From: Candidatus Latescibacterota bacterium
Lineage (GTDB): Bacteria > Latescibacterota > UBA2968
NCBI GenBank assembly: GCA_965207885.1
Contig: OZ242311.1
Span: forward strand, 4,928,001 to 4,992,000
DNA: 64,000 nt
Direction: 5' to 3'
Made by a program: the position numbers and the translations under genes. The notes below the pieces were generated by a model. It was not told the DNA's origin, did no database searches, and saw nothing but the letters and a program-made list of their open reading frames with translations. Within the stretch, counting starts at the first letter, position 1. Every line of letters begins with the position of its first letter. Of this stretch, positions 40,471 to 49,667 are shown in pieces.

Positions 40471-43400
40471 AAATCCAACGTATCATTCTCAAGAATCTGA
40501 ACTCTTTACGCGGTGAACACACCATTGATCTGACCGTTGAACCCTTGTCAAACGCAGGTCTGTTTGCAATTACTGGACAAACAGGTTCTGGCAAGTCAAC
40601 ATTGCTCGATGCCATTACCCTTGCTCTTTATGGCCGTGCTGCTCGTTATGGTAACCAGCCCAGTCCTGAAAACATGATGAGTCGCCGTTGTGGGGAGTGC
40701 TCTGCTGCAGTTGAGTTTGAGGTCCCCGATGGCAAGTACACGGCCGTTTGGCAACTAAGACGCGCACGAGGCAAAGCAGAGGGCAGAATCCAGTCTCCAC
40801 AACGTTATATATACGATATAGATGGCACTACGCTCACGCAGAAAGTGCGTGAGTGCGACGAGAAGATTGAGGGACTGATAGGACTTGATTACGACCGTTT
40901 CTTAAGAAGCGTCATGCTCGCGCAGGGTGAGTTTGCGCGGTTCTTAAAATCCAACGCAAATGAACGTGCAGTACTTCTCGAGTGCCTTACGGGAACAGCT
41001 ATCTATTCAGACCTGAGTATCCTTGCTCACCAAGAAGCGATGCGCCGTGAGAATGATCTAAAGCTCAAACAGCAAGTACTCGAACAAATTGAGATTCTTC
41101 AAGATGAAGAGCGCGAAGAAGTCGAAGATCGTATCACCGAGTTAAAAGAAAAAAAACGTGTGCTGGAAGAAGATATCGATAAAAAATCAAAAATTGTTGG
41201 AAAAATTGATGAACTCGAATCGGCAGTAACACAACAGAAAAAAATAACAAATGGTTTGGAAGTTTTGGAAGCAGACCGCCAAGACGCCAAAGCTGAATTA
41301 CAACTCCTCAAAAGACACCGCAAGACAACACCCTTTCGGGATGATCTCATTCACCTCCAAAATGCAGAAAATACGCTACAAACTAATAAAGTAAGAAAAC
41401 AAGCAGCACAAGATAAACGCGACGAAGTATATGAACAATGGCAGCAGGCAAAATTAAATTACTACAGAATCTTGCAAAATAAAATCGCCGAAAAAAAATC
41501 GACAATCCAAGATGCCAAAGCCCGTGCGTGTGAAGCCAATGAAACACTGAAAACAGAAAAAGGGTGGCTGGAAGTCCACCAGATAGATGCCGATCTTTCA
41601 GACCACATCGCAGATCTTGCTGCTAATCTGGCAAATTTGAAATCCAGACGTGAAACGGTCAGGCGAGAATGGGAACAGGTATGTGATACAACATCTGTAT
41701 TGACAGAGATACGCAAATATAGTGGTATAGTTATTAAAAAAATTAATTGGGAACAAGTATCTGACATAACATCGGTATTGACATCTGACGCGATAGAACC
41801 GTGGCTACTTGAAAAGGCAAAAGAAGATGAGTTAAAAACAATCCTCGATAAAATTGTAGAAAAATTTGCAGAAGAACTTGAAAATGCTAAAGATGAGCGA
41901 ACTTCTGCTGAAAAAAATCTCGAACGTTGCAGGGATCATTTACATAAAGCTCAATTAATTGCGGATCACGATACACATCGAGCTTCCCTTAAAGAAGGTG
42001 AACCATGTCCGCTTTGTGGTGCAACTGAGCATCCTTATGCAGAAGGGCAGGAACCGAGTTTTCCATTTGAAGAACTTGAGGCGGAAGTCACCAAAGCAGA
42101 GGAAACGCGTAACGCCAAAAACGAGCGGGTTTTAAAGCTCTATGATGCTCGCAAGAAACTAATCTCTCAACAACCTGTCACTATAAAAGCATGTCAAGAT
42201 CGGACAGAATGCGAAACGGAGCTTCTCGACAGCCTTAGCAGGTTTGGGGTTACATTACCAGAGGCAGGCAAAGAGGAAGAGGCGCAAAAATCTCTTCAAA
42301 ATCGTGAAAAGGCGTATCAAACACATAGGGATAATTGTGATAACGCAGAGGAAGTGGCCAAAAAAGCACAAGAAGATGAAAAAAATGCACAGATCTTGCT
42401 CAAGAAACATATCCTTGCTTTTAAACAACTCAAGGATATTGAAATAGAAGATATTGATGGAGAAGATGAGGTTCCTGAGTGGCTTGGTGTAGAGGAAGCA
42501 GAGAAGGATTGGAAAAATAAAAGGACCAAATTAGAAATTCAAGAAAATGCACTCACAGCTCGCCTACAGGACACAAAAGCCGCGCAAGAATCACTGGAAG
42601 AAATTCGAGAACACCTCATATCGGCTTTGGAAGGATCCGTTTTTCAAGATATAGATGATCTGCGTGCTGCTAAATTGGATCAAGAAGAATCTGACCGTAT
42701 AGAAGAAATCGAAACAGATCTCAACAACAGAAAAAATAAACTAACCACTCAATTACAAATGGTTCAAGGAACTATCAAATCCCTTCGAGAAGACCAAATT
42801 CCAGAAGGAGATAAAGCAGAACAGTTCAAAGCAGAACATAAGAAATTACAAGATGATCGGGATACACTCATCGAAAACCTTATAACTCGGCAAAATCAGA
42901 TTGAAGCAGATGACACAAACCGTAGAACACTCGCCGCTCAGCAGAAAATATTGGAAGAATCAGAAAAAAACTTCGCCATCTGGAACCGTTTGCGTTTGTT
43001 GATCGGCTCTCACGATGGCGCGAAATTTCGCAGATATGCACAAAGTATTTCTCTGGATATACTCATTCGCCACGCCAACCAGCATCTAACCCGATTGAGT
43101 GATCGTTACCGCATTCAGAGGCGTACAGAGGAAGAACTCCAGATCGAAATCGAAGATTTGCACCAGGCAAGCGTCACACGGCCTATGGCCAGCCTTTCTG
43201 GAGGCGAAAGTTTTCTTGCAAGCCTGGCACTTGCGCTCGGACTCTCTGAATTGGCAGGGAGAAATGTCCGTATTGAATCGCTCTTTATCGATGAAGGTTT
43301 TGGCACTCTGGATTCAGAAGTTCTCGACCTCGCCATTGGAGCTCTTGAAGGATTGCATCAGGACAGTAAAAGTGTGGGGGTGATCTCGCATGTCGAACTT

Positions 43401-43481
43401 CTAAAGCAGCGTATCACAACCCAGATCAGAGTTGAAAAACTAACAGCCGGCAATAGCACATTGGAGATCGTTGAGGGTTAA
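40467..43481 (+). CDS. sbcC: SbcC SMC-like ATPase
   Basis: NLNSL, GQTGSGKST, CPLCG zinc hook, LSGGE, FIDEGFG, VISH. Confidence 0.95.
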   Translation: MKIQRIILKNLNSLRGEHTIDLTVEPLSNAGLFAITGQTGSGKSTLLDAITLALYGRAARYGNQPSPENMMSRRCGECSAAVEFEVPDGKYTAVWQLRRARGKAEGRIQSPQRYIYDIDGTTLTQKVRECDEKIEGLIGLDYDRFLRSVMLAQGEFARFLKSNANERAVLLECLTGTAIYSDLSILAHQEAMRRENDLKLKQQVLEQIEILQDEEREEVEDRITELKEKKRVLEEDIDKKSKIVGKIDELESAVTQQKKITNGLEVLEADRQDAKAELQLLKRHRKTTPFRDDLIHLQNAENTLQTNKVRKQAAQDKRDEVYEQWQQAKLNYYRILQNKIAEKKSTIQDAKARACEANETLKTEKGWLEVHQIDADLSDHIADLAANLANLKSRRETVRREWEQVCDTTSVLTEIRKYSGIVIKKINWEQVSDITSVLTSDAIEPWLLEKAKEDELKTILDKIVEKFAEELENAKDERTSAEKNLERCRDHLHKAQLIADHDTHRASLKEGEPCPLCGATEHPYAEGQEPSFPFEELEAEVTKAEETRNAKNERVLKLYDARKKLISQQPVTIKACQDRTECETELLDSLSRFGVTLPEAGKEEEAQKSLQNREKAYQTHRDNCDNAEEVAKKAQEDEKNAQILLKKHILAFKQLKDIEIEDIDGEDEVPEWLGVEEAEKDWKNKRTKLEIQENALTARLQDTKAAQESLEEIREHLISALEGSVFQDIDDLRAAKLDQEESDRIEEIETDLNNRKNKLTTQLQMVQGTIKSLREDQIPEGDKAEQFKAEHKKLQDDRDTLIENLITRQNQIEADDTNRRTLAAQQKILEESEKNFAIWNRLRLLIGSHDGAKFRRYAQSISLDILIRHANQHLTRLSDRYRIQRRTEEELQIEIEDLHQASVTRPMASLSGGESFLASLALALGLSELAGRNVRIESLFIDEGFGTLDSEVLDLAIGALEGLHQDSKSVGVISHVELLKQRITTQIRVEKLTAGNSTLEIVEG

Positions 43482-43487
43482 CCTTGT

Positions 43488-43615
43488 TCACAACCTCTTC
43501 TCCCGCAAACCAAACCCCACAATCATCCCCAGGACGGGGAATATCGCAAGCACCATAAATACCTTTTGGTACGCGTTGAGGGTAGCCAGATTCGCATCAA
43601 AGAAAAACTGCAACA
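43488..43615 (-). pseudogene. diverged copy of the last 128 bp of the MFS gene (44793-44920)
   Basis: Ungapped alignment, 17 mismatches in 128 bp by manual count; encodes LQFFFDANLATLNAYQKVFMVLAIFPVLGMIVGFGLREKRL*. Confidence 0.92.
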
Positions 43616-43646
43616 ATCACAGGCTTGATACACAAGCCCTAAATAC

Positions 43647-43669
43647 TCCATCGAAGCGGGGTAACTCCA
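43647..43669 (+). mobile_element. solo IS3-family right end
   Basis: TCCATCGAAGCGGGGTAACTCCA versus IRR TCCACTAAAACGGGGTAACTCCA. Confidence 0.75.
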
Positions 43670-43682
43670 ATTTTTTATCTTT

Positions 43683-43728
43683 AAAAAAATAAGGGCTTAT
43701 GGTACTTCTAAGATAACACCATAAGCCC
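43683..43728 (-). terminator. intrinsic terminator
   Basis: GGGCTTATGGT...ACCATAAGCCC followed by a T run on the minus strand. Confidence 0.75.
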
Positions 43729-43767
43729 GAAATTGCGAGCGTTTTACTGCTCATTTAAGCACTAATT

Positions 43768-44460
43768 TTATGATTTCGTCTGAAATAACTCATACAAATC
43801 AGGGTCAAAAATTCGGACGGACACAATTTCAGATATGGGAATCACAACTCGAAAATCTTCTTCTCTTAATTCCTCCTCTACTGGTTGCGTTTCAAGAAAA
43901 TCACGAACCAAAGGAAGATAATCCGTTGTGATTTTCAATTCGAGGGTGTCTTCTTTTCGGTAACCACTGTTTATGGGAAGAACTGCAATATCAGATTCTT
44001 CATGACCTGTCATCCCGCTTTCAAGAATGAAACCAATGTAGGTTTTTCTATTCTTTAACGAAATCTCAGCCAATTCTCCTCTTTCGTTAATTTCCCTAAT
44101 TAGCAATTCAGTTAGATGGCCACTTTCTTTTTCTGCCCGTCTTATCGCTTTTTCTTTTGTATAAAACCAATTGGATACATATGGCAACGCGAAACCCAAT
44201 AATGCACTTAATGATGCTGTGCCGGAGTAATTGGATGGAGCAAAAGACTTCCAAAATTCGCCAAGATAGGGAATAAAAGGATTAAAAAGGAAAACAATCA
44301 AAACCCGTGCAATGAGGACTAAGAAAAGGCCAACAACGGCAGACTTAAATAGGACATGATAGCCCGATTCCCGAAGCAGACTGTAGCGCATGAAGTGAAA
44401 CTTCCTCAGAAACCAGTAACCACCGAGAGTTGGAAGAAAAAGCAACCCAAGACTACCCAC
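43768..44460 (-). CDS. membrane protein of unknown function (about 3 TM helices plus a beta-rich C-terminal domain)
   Basis: Three hydrophobic segments, then EISLKNRKTYIGFI and VVIPISEIVSV; the GTG start overlaps the upstream small ORF. Confidence 0.75.
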   Translation of the reverse strand: MGSLGLLFLPTLGGYWFLRKFHFMRYSLLRESGYHVLFKSAVVGLFLVLIARVLIVFLFNPFIPYLGEFWKSFAPSNYSGTASLSALLGFALPYVSNWFYTKEKAIRRAEKESGHLTELLIREINERGELAEISLKNRKTYIGFILESGMTGHEESDIAVLPINSGYRKEDTLELKITTDYLPLVRDFLETQPVEEELREEDFRVVIPISEIVSVRIFDPDLYELFQTKS

Positions 44461-44632
44461 TCGATTTACCGCCTTCCGATGGCGCATCATCTGACGGCTT
44501 ATTTTTAAATAGACCTTCCATTTTTCTTATTTTTTCCTGAACTTTGGGGTTAGCAAGTAGCTCTTTTGCTTCGACATACTGGCCACCTCCAGATGTTACG
44601 TGTACCGTTAGCTTTTTAGAACGGGTTGCCAT
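44453..44632 (-). CDS. 59-aa small protein absent from the ORF track
   Basis: AAGGAGG RBS, ATG at 44632, MATRSKKLTVHVTSGGGQYVEAKELLANPKVQEKIRKMEGLFKNKPSDDAPSEGGKSSG*. Confidence 0.7.
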   Translation of the reverse strand: MATRSKKLTVHVTSGGGQYVEAKELLANPKVQEKIRKMEGLFKNKPSDDAPSEGGKSSG

Positions 44633-44792
44633 TTTACTCTCCTCCTTTGGGTGATGTCACCTTGTCATAAGAAACCCTATTTTTTCCATTTGTCAAGCTG
44701 GTTTTAGAAAATGTCATTCCGGCACGAAGCCTGAAATCGCAAGCATTTTTATTACTTTACCTTTCGGCACTATTCTACATAATCCCCGGTGA

Positions 44793-46202
44793 TCACCCCC
44801 TCTTCTCCCGCAACCCAAATGCCACCACCATCCCCAAAACGGGAAATATCGCAAGCACCATAAACACGTTCTGGTACGCGTCGAGGGTAGCCAGATTTGC
44901 GTCGAAGAAAAACTGCAACACCACCCCGACCAGTGCCGTACTGATCGCCATACCCATAAACCGCAACATACTATACAGTCCCGCAGCAGCACCCATCTGG
45001 TCTGAATCGACAGTCCCCATAACCGTACTGTGCAAAGCAGCCAGCATCAACCCTGCTCCAAGCCCGTAGTATGCCAGCAGGCCCGCAATAACCCATGTCG
45101 AAACCGTATCGGACAAATGTGCAAAAGACAGCATCACCGTCAACTGCACAAACATCCCAATCATCACCAGCCACCGACTCTGAAAACGATCGGACATCTG
45201 CCCGCCAAACCGCACAATCAGCGTCATCGCCGCAGAGCTAATAATCAAAAACACGCCCAACAGTGCCGGACCCATGCGGTGAACATCGACCAGATACAGC
45301 GGCATCAAAACTCCAATACCACCCTGCACAAACATCCGCATCGAAGCGCAAAACGTCACCCGGCAAAACATGCGATTGCCAAAAAAATTGAGCGGAAGAA
45401 AAGGATCTCTCCGCCCTCTTTCCCACCACCAGAAACCCGCAAAAAACACTCCCGCACCCAAAAGCAACCGCCAATCCTCAAAAGGGGCAACCCCCGTCAC
45501 AGACCGGCTGGACAGATAAAACATCAGAAACACAATCCCGCCCGACAACAACCCGACCCCACCCCAATCAAACTGCCGCAAAAATTTAGACGCCTCCCCA
45601 ATCACCTGAGAAGGCACCCCCCTGTAAATAGCGACAAAAGTCACAACACTCAGCAAAAGACCCGGCACAAAGGCAGCGCGCCATCCCCAAAGAGCAATGA
45701 GAATACCCGCGACAAACGACGACGAAAAACTCATCGCCGGACCCACCGCACTCCACGTCCCCAGGACGCGCCCGCGCTCTCCCTCACTAAAAATCGACAC
45801 AAGCAACGCCATACCCATCGGCGTCATCCCCCCCACGCCAATACCCTGAATCGCACGCCCAGCCATCAACCAGCGCATATTCGGCGCCAGAAATGTCATC
45901 GCAGAACCAACGCCAAAAATCACAGTCCCCAGCAGAATCAACAGCCGCCGGTCAACGCCATCGCTCAAACGCCCATAAATCGGCATCAAAACGACAAAAG
46001 GCAGCATGAAAGCTGCCAGAACCCACGCCGTCAAATCTGCGGGAATCCCAAAATCATCCCGAATAACCGGCAATGCAACCCGCGACATGCCAGCCACCAT
46101 AGGCATCAGCATAGACGAAAACATCAGGCTAATCAACACGCGCCGGGCCGCCCGAGGAGACAGCGGTTCTGCCTCCTCGGATGCAACTTGTCCCTTAGAC
46201 AA
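44793..46202 (-). CDS. MFS transporter (DHA2/EmrB-QacA-like)
   Basis: VALPVI, YGRLSDGVDRR, GRAIQGIG, FDWGG; TTG start after GAGG is tentative. Confidence 0.88.
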   Translation of the reverse strand: MSKGQVASEEAEPLSPRAARRVLISLMFSSMLMPMVAGMSRVALPVIRDDFGIPADLTAWVLAAFMLPFVVLMPIYGRLSDGVDRRLLILLGTVIFGVGSAMTFLAPNMRWLMAGRAIQGIGVGGMTPMGMALLVSIFSEGERGRVLGTWSAVGPAMSFSSSFVAGILIALWGWRAAFVPGLLLSVVTFVAIYRGVPSQVIGEASKFLRQFDWGGVGLLSGGIVFLMFYLSSRSVTGVAPFEDWRLLLGAGVFFAGFWWWERGRRDPFLPLNFFGNRMFCRVTFCASMRMFVQGGIGVLMPLYLVDVHRMGPALLGVFLIISSAAMTLIVRFGGQMSDRFQSRWLVMIGMFVQLTVMLSFAHLSDTVSTWVIAGLLAYYGLGAGLMLAALHSTVMGTVDSDQMGAAAGLYSMLRFMGMAISTALVGVVLQFFFDANLATLDAYQNVFMVLAIFPVLGMVVAFGLREKRG

Positions 46203-46216
46203 ATGTACCTCGCAAT

Positions 46217-46960
46217 TCAACCAATCTTCATACCACACTCGCGACCGTGTGCTTCGAGCAACGCCTTCCCCGCATCGTAGATCGCCCCAAAGGCATCCAA
46301 ACTAACCATCACATCGCCACTCATGTGCTTCCCCGCCGCACGTACCTTATCACACGCCGCCTCATACGCCGCTATACACTCAGGATGATTCGGCTCTCCG
46401 GGATACCCCATAGACTGCGCAATATCTTGAGGACCACCCGCGAAAAACATAAGCCCATCAACCTGAAGAATCTCATCCAAATTGTCAAAAGCCGTCTTGC
46501 TCTCGAGCTGCGGCACAATAATGGTATTGTCATTTGTAAACTCAAAAATCTTCCGACTATCGCTGGTATCGTTCAAACCATAAGCCACGCGCTGACTCAT
46601 CGCGCTCCGCCGACCCAAAGGCCCGTAAAAACCAAACTGGACAATCCGCTCGGCTTCCTCAGCAGTCTGCAAATTGGGCACCGTAATCATCTGCATGCCC
46701 CGGTCCAGAGCCGTCAAAATAGCCGCCTCGGACTGATCCACAACCCGCATAGTAGGCGTCATACCATAAGCATCGCAAAGGCGACAGACCGTCTCAATAG
46801 TCGGCAGCGTCAACGCGCCGTGCTGCCCATCCAGCGAAATAAAATCCATCCCCATCTTAGCCGCCACTTCGATCACAATTTCTGAAACAAAACTCATCTG
46901 CACGCCAACGGCTTTTTCGCCATTGTGATAACGCTCGAGAATGCGATTTGGTGTAGCCAT
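46217..46960 (-). CDS. HpcH/HpaI family aldolase
   Basis: DFISLDGQHG, ALDRG, PQLES, GPQDIAQSMG. Confidence 0.85.
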   Translation of the reverse strand: MATPNRILERYHNGEKAVGVQMSFVSEIVIEVAAKMGMDFISLDGQHGALTLPTIETVCRLCDAYGMTPTMRVVDQSEAAILTALDRGMQMITVPNLQTAEEAERIVQFGFYGPLGRRSAMSQRVAYGLNDTSDSRKIFEFTNDNTIIVPQLESKTAFDNLDEILQVDGLMFFAGGPQDIAQSMGYPGEPNHPECIAAYEAACDKVRAAGKHMSGDVMVSLDAFGAIYDAGKALLEAHGRECGMKIG

Positions 46961-46994
46961 AAACCCCTCCCTATGTTGTGATTACTAAAAAAAA

Positions 46995-47876
46995 CTAAAC
47001 CCTCGCAAATTTTTGCAACCGCTGCCCCTGTCCCTCCATCCCGATCTCAGCCACATAAATACTACCCTCGTCATCCACGCAAAGCCCGTGCGGCGACTGT
47101 ACAGCACTCTTATCCTCAAAGCGGCAAATCAACTCCCCCTCTGCAGACCACACGCTGATGCGCCCCCCGCCCCCTTGCTCCGCCACATAAATCGTATTGT
47201 CATCCGTAATCCACACATCGCCCGGCATCATCACATCGGTCCACATCTCCATAAACTTGCCATCTGGATCAAAAATCTGAATGCGGCTATTCTCCCGGTC
47301 GCACACCAGAACCCGCCCGGTCTTATCGCACCCGATATTGTGCACCAATGCAAACTGCCCCGGTCCACTCCCCCCTTCGCCCCACACCGCGAGATGCTCG
47401 CCCTCGCGCGAATACTTGTGAACACACCGGCTGCCATACCCATCCGACACGTAAAACGAGTTGCCATCTGGCGCGTAAGCAACACCCGTTGGCATATTGT
47501 ATTCCCTGCGGTGAAACGTCGGACCGGGAACCCCGCGGGTGCCCCATTCGCGTTCCAACTCGCCCAACCGGGTATAGCGCCTGACAATATGCTGATACGA
47601 ATCCGTCAAAAACACCTTATCGTCCGGATCGATAAAAATACCGTGCGACTGACTGATCAAATTTGGCGAAATACCAAAATCGCCATAACCCCACGACGTA
47701 ATAAAATTGCCATCCTTATCAAACACAACCACGGGATGAATCCCGCGCGTAAATGCGTAAATGCGGCCCTGTGAATCCACCGCAGCATCCGACACCTGCG
47801 TAAACACCCACCCCTCGGGCAACTTCGCCCATCCCTCAACTTCCTCGTACCGATAATCGCCTTCTCCGAACAACAT
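46995..47876 (-). CDS. NHL-repeat beta-propeller (peptidyl-hydroxyglycine lyase-like)
   Basis: YVSDGYG, GQFALVHNI, CDRENSRIQIF, PHGLCVD. Confidence 0.88.
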   Translation of the reverse strand: MLFGEGDYRYEEVEGWAKLPEGWVFTQVSDAAVDSQGRIYAFTRGIHPVVVFDKDGNFITSWGYGDFGISPNLISQSHGIFIDPDDKVFLTDSYQHIVRRYTRLGELEREWGTRGVPGPTFHRREYNMPTGVAYAPDGNSFYVSDGYGSRCVHKYSREGEHLAVWGEGGSGPGQFALVHNIGCDKTGRVLVCDRENSRIQIFDPDGKFMEMWTDVMMPGDVWITDDNTIYVAEQGGGGRISVWSAEGELICRFEDKSAVQSPHGLCVDDEGSIYVAEIGMEGQGQRLQKFARV

Positions 47877-47912
47877 ATTACACCTCCTTGAAAATAAAGA
47901 ACAGACGGTCCC

Positions 47913-49667
47913 CTACTCCTCTTGATACTGCAACTGATAAAGCCGGGCATAGATCCCATTCTGCTTGAGCAGCGTATCGTGGTCGCCTTCCTCGCGGATT
48001 TGCCCGCGGTGCATCACCAGAATATTATCCGCATTTCGAATGGTAGAAAGACGGTGTGCAATCGCAATCGAAGTCCGCGACCGCATCAATTTTGCCACCG
48101 CATCCTGAATCCACATCTCGGTCTCCGTATCCACATTCGCCGTCGCCTCATCCAGAATGAGAATATCCGGTCCAGAAGCCAGCGTGCGCGCAAAAGATAT
48201 CAACTGACGCTGGCCAACCGAAAGCGAACTACCCCGCTCCAGGACCTCGTGCTCATAGGTAGCGGGCAACTTGTCGATAAACCGGTCTGCATTGACATCG
48301 CGCGCGGCTTGCTCGACCTCCTGGCGGCTAATGCGCGGATGTCCCAAACTGATATTGGCCTCAATATCGCCAGCAAAAAGAAAAACATCCTGTTGCACGA
48401 CCCCAATGCGTCTGCGAAGCGCCTCGACATCCCACTCGCGAATATCGACACCATCTACCAGAATCGCACCCCGCTGAATATCGTAGAACCGGCACACCAG
48501 ACTAATCACCGTGCTCTTACCCGCGCCCGTCGCCCCGACCAATGCCAAACTCTGCCCCGGCGCAACGCGAAAAGACACATCGCGCAGCACCCACTCGCCT
48601 TCGTTGTACGCAAACCAGACATTTTGAAACTCGATCTCGCCCTTCAAGTGATCGGCGCTTACACTACCGCCAAGTGATTCTGGCTTTGTATCCAGCAACT
48701 CAAAAATGCGCTCTGAAGACGCCATCGCAACCTGAAGCACGGTAAACCGATCGGCAATATCGCGGAGGGGCATAAAAAACCGCGGAACATATTGCAACAT
48801 CGCCACGAGCACGCCCCACTGAATTTCCCCATCCAGCACCCGCGCGCCGCCATACCACAACACCAGTGCGGACAACAAAACACCGCCCAACTCCATAATC
48901 GGAAAATATACCGCATGGTAAAACGAACTCTTTAGCCGCGCATCCAGATACTCCTTATTCGGATCTTCAAACCGCTTCACACAGCGATCTTCACAACCGA
49001 ATAACTGCACCACCTCCATCCCGGACACAGTCTCCTGCAGCGATGAACTAAATCGCGCGAACAGCGTGCGCGCAACGCGATACGCAAAAAAGGTCTTATT
49101 CTGCAGCCACACGGTTGCGACAAAAGCCACCGGCAATGCGAGACAGATCAACAAGCCGAGCGTGACATCCATATAAAAAATGTATGCGAGAATCGTGATA
49201 ATCGTAAAAATATCGCTAATCATCGACACAATGCCATCGGTAAACAACTCGTTGAGGGCATCCACATCATTTGTATTGCGCGCCATCAAGCGACCCACAG
49301 GCGTGCGGTCGAAAAAACGCATGGGCAACCGCTGCAAATGCATAAAAATCTGCAACCGCACATCGTGCATAGCCCATTGCCCGATCATATTGGTCGTCCA
49401 ACTCTGGCAATACCCCACACCAAATTGCGCGACAAGCAGACCAATATAGAGCATGACCAGATAGGTCAACCCATCCGCATCTCCCGGCACGATATAATCA
49501 TCCACCGCAATCTTGGTCAAATAAGGCCCGGCCTGCCGCACAACCGCTGTGACAATGATGAGCACAAACGTGAGAACAACCCACCACTTGTAGGGCCTGA
49601 GAAAGTTCATCAACCGCGCCATCAAACGCAGATCAAAACCCTTATGACCAATTTCCTCTTCTTCCAT
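47913..49667 (-). CDS. ABC exporter, fused permease/ATPase subunit B
   Basis: GATGAGKST, LSVGQRQ, ILDEATA. Confidence 0.93.
   Translation of the reverse strand: MEEEEIGHKGFDLRLMARLMNFLRPYKWWVVLTFVLIIVTAVVRQAGPYLTKIAVDDYIVPGDADGLTYLVMLYIGLLVAQFGVGYCQSWTTNMIGQWAMHDVRLQIFMHLQRLPMRFFDRTPVGRLMARNTNDVDALNELFTDGIVSMISDIFTIITILAYIFYMDVTLGLLICLALPVAFVATVWLQNKTFFAYRVARTLFARFSSSLQETVSGMEVVQLFGCEDRCVKRFEDPNKEYLDARLKSSFYHAVYFPIMELGGVLLSALVLWYGGARVLDGEIQWGVLVAMLQYVPRFFMPLRDIADRFTVLQVAMASSERIFELLDTKPESLGGSVSADHLKGEIEFQNVWFAYNEGEWVLRDVSFRVAPGQSLALVGATGAGKSTVISLVCRFYDIQRGAILVDGVDIREWDVEALRRRIGVVQQDVFLFAGDIEANISLGHPRISRQEVEQAARDVNADRFIDKLPATYEHEVLERGSSLSVGQRQLISFARTLASGPDILILDEATANVDTETEMWIQDAVAKLMRSRTSIAIAHRLSTIRNADNILVMHRGQIREEGDHDTLLKQNGIYARLYQLQYQEE

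Noticed and set aside
45030-46280. 416-aa plus-strand ORF
   Set aside because: Antisense shadow of the MFS gene caused by codon bias; H/Q/R/P-rich composition
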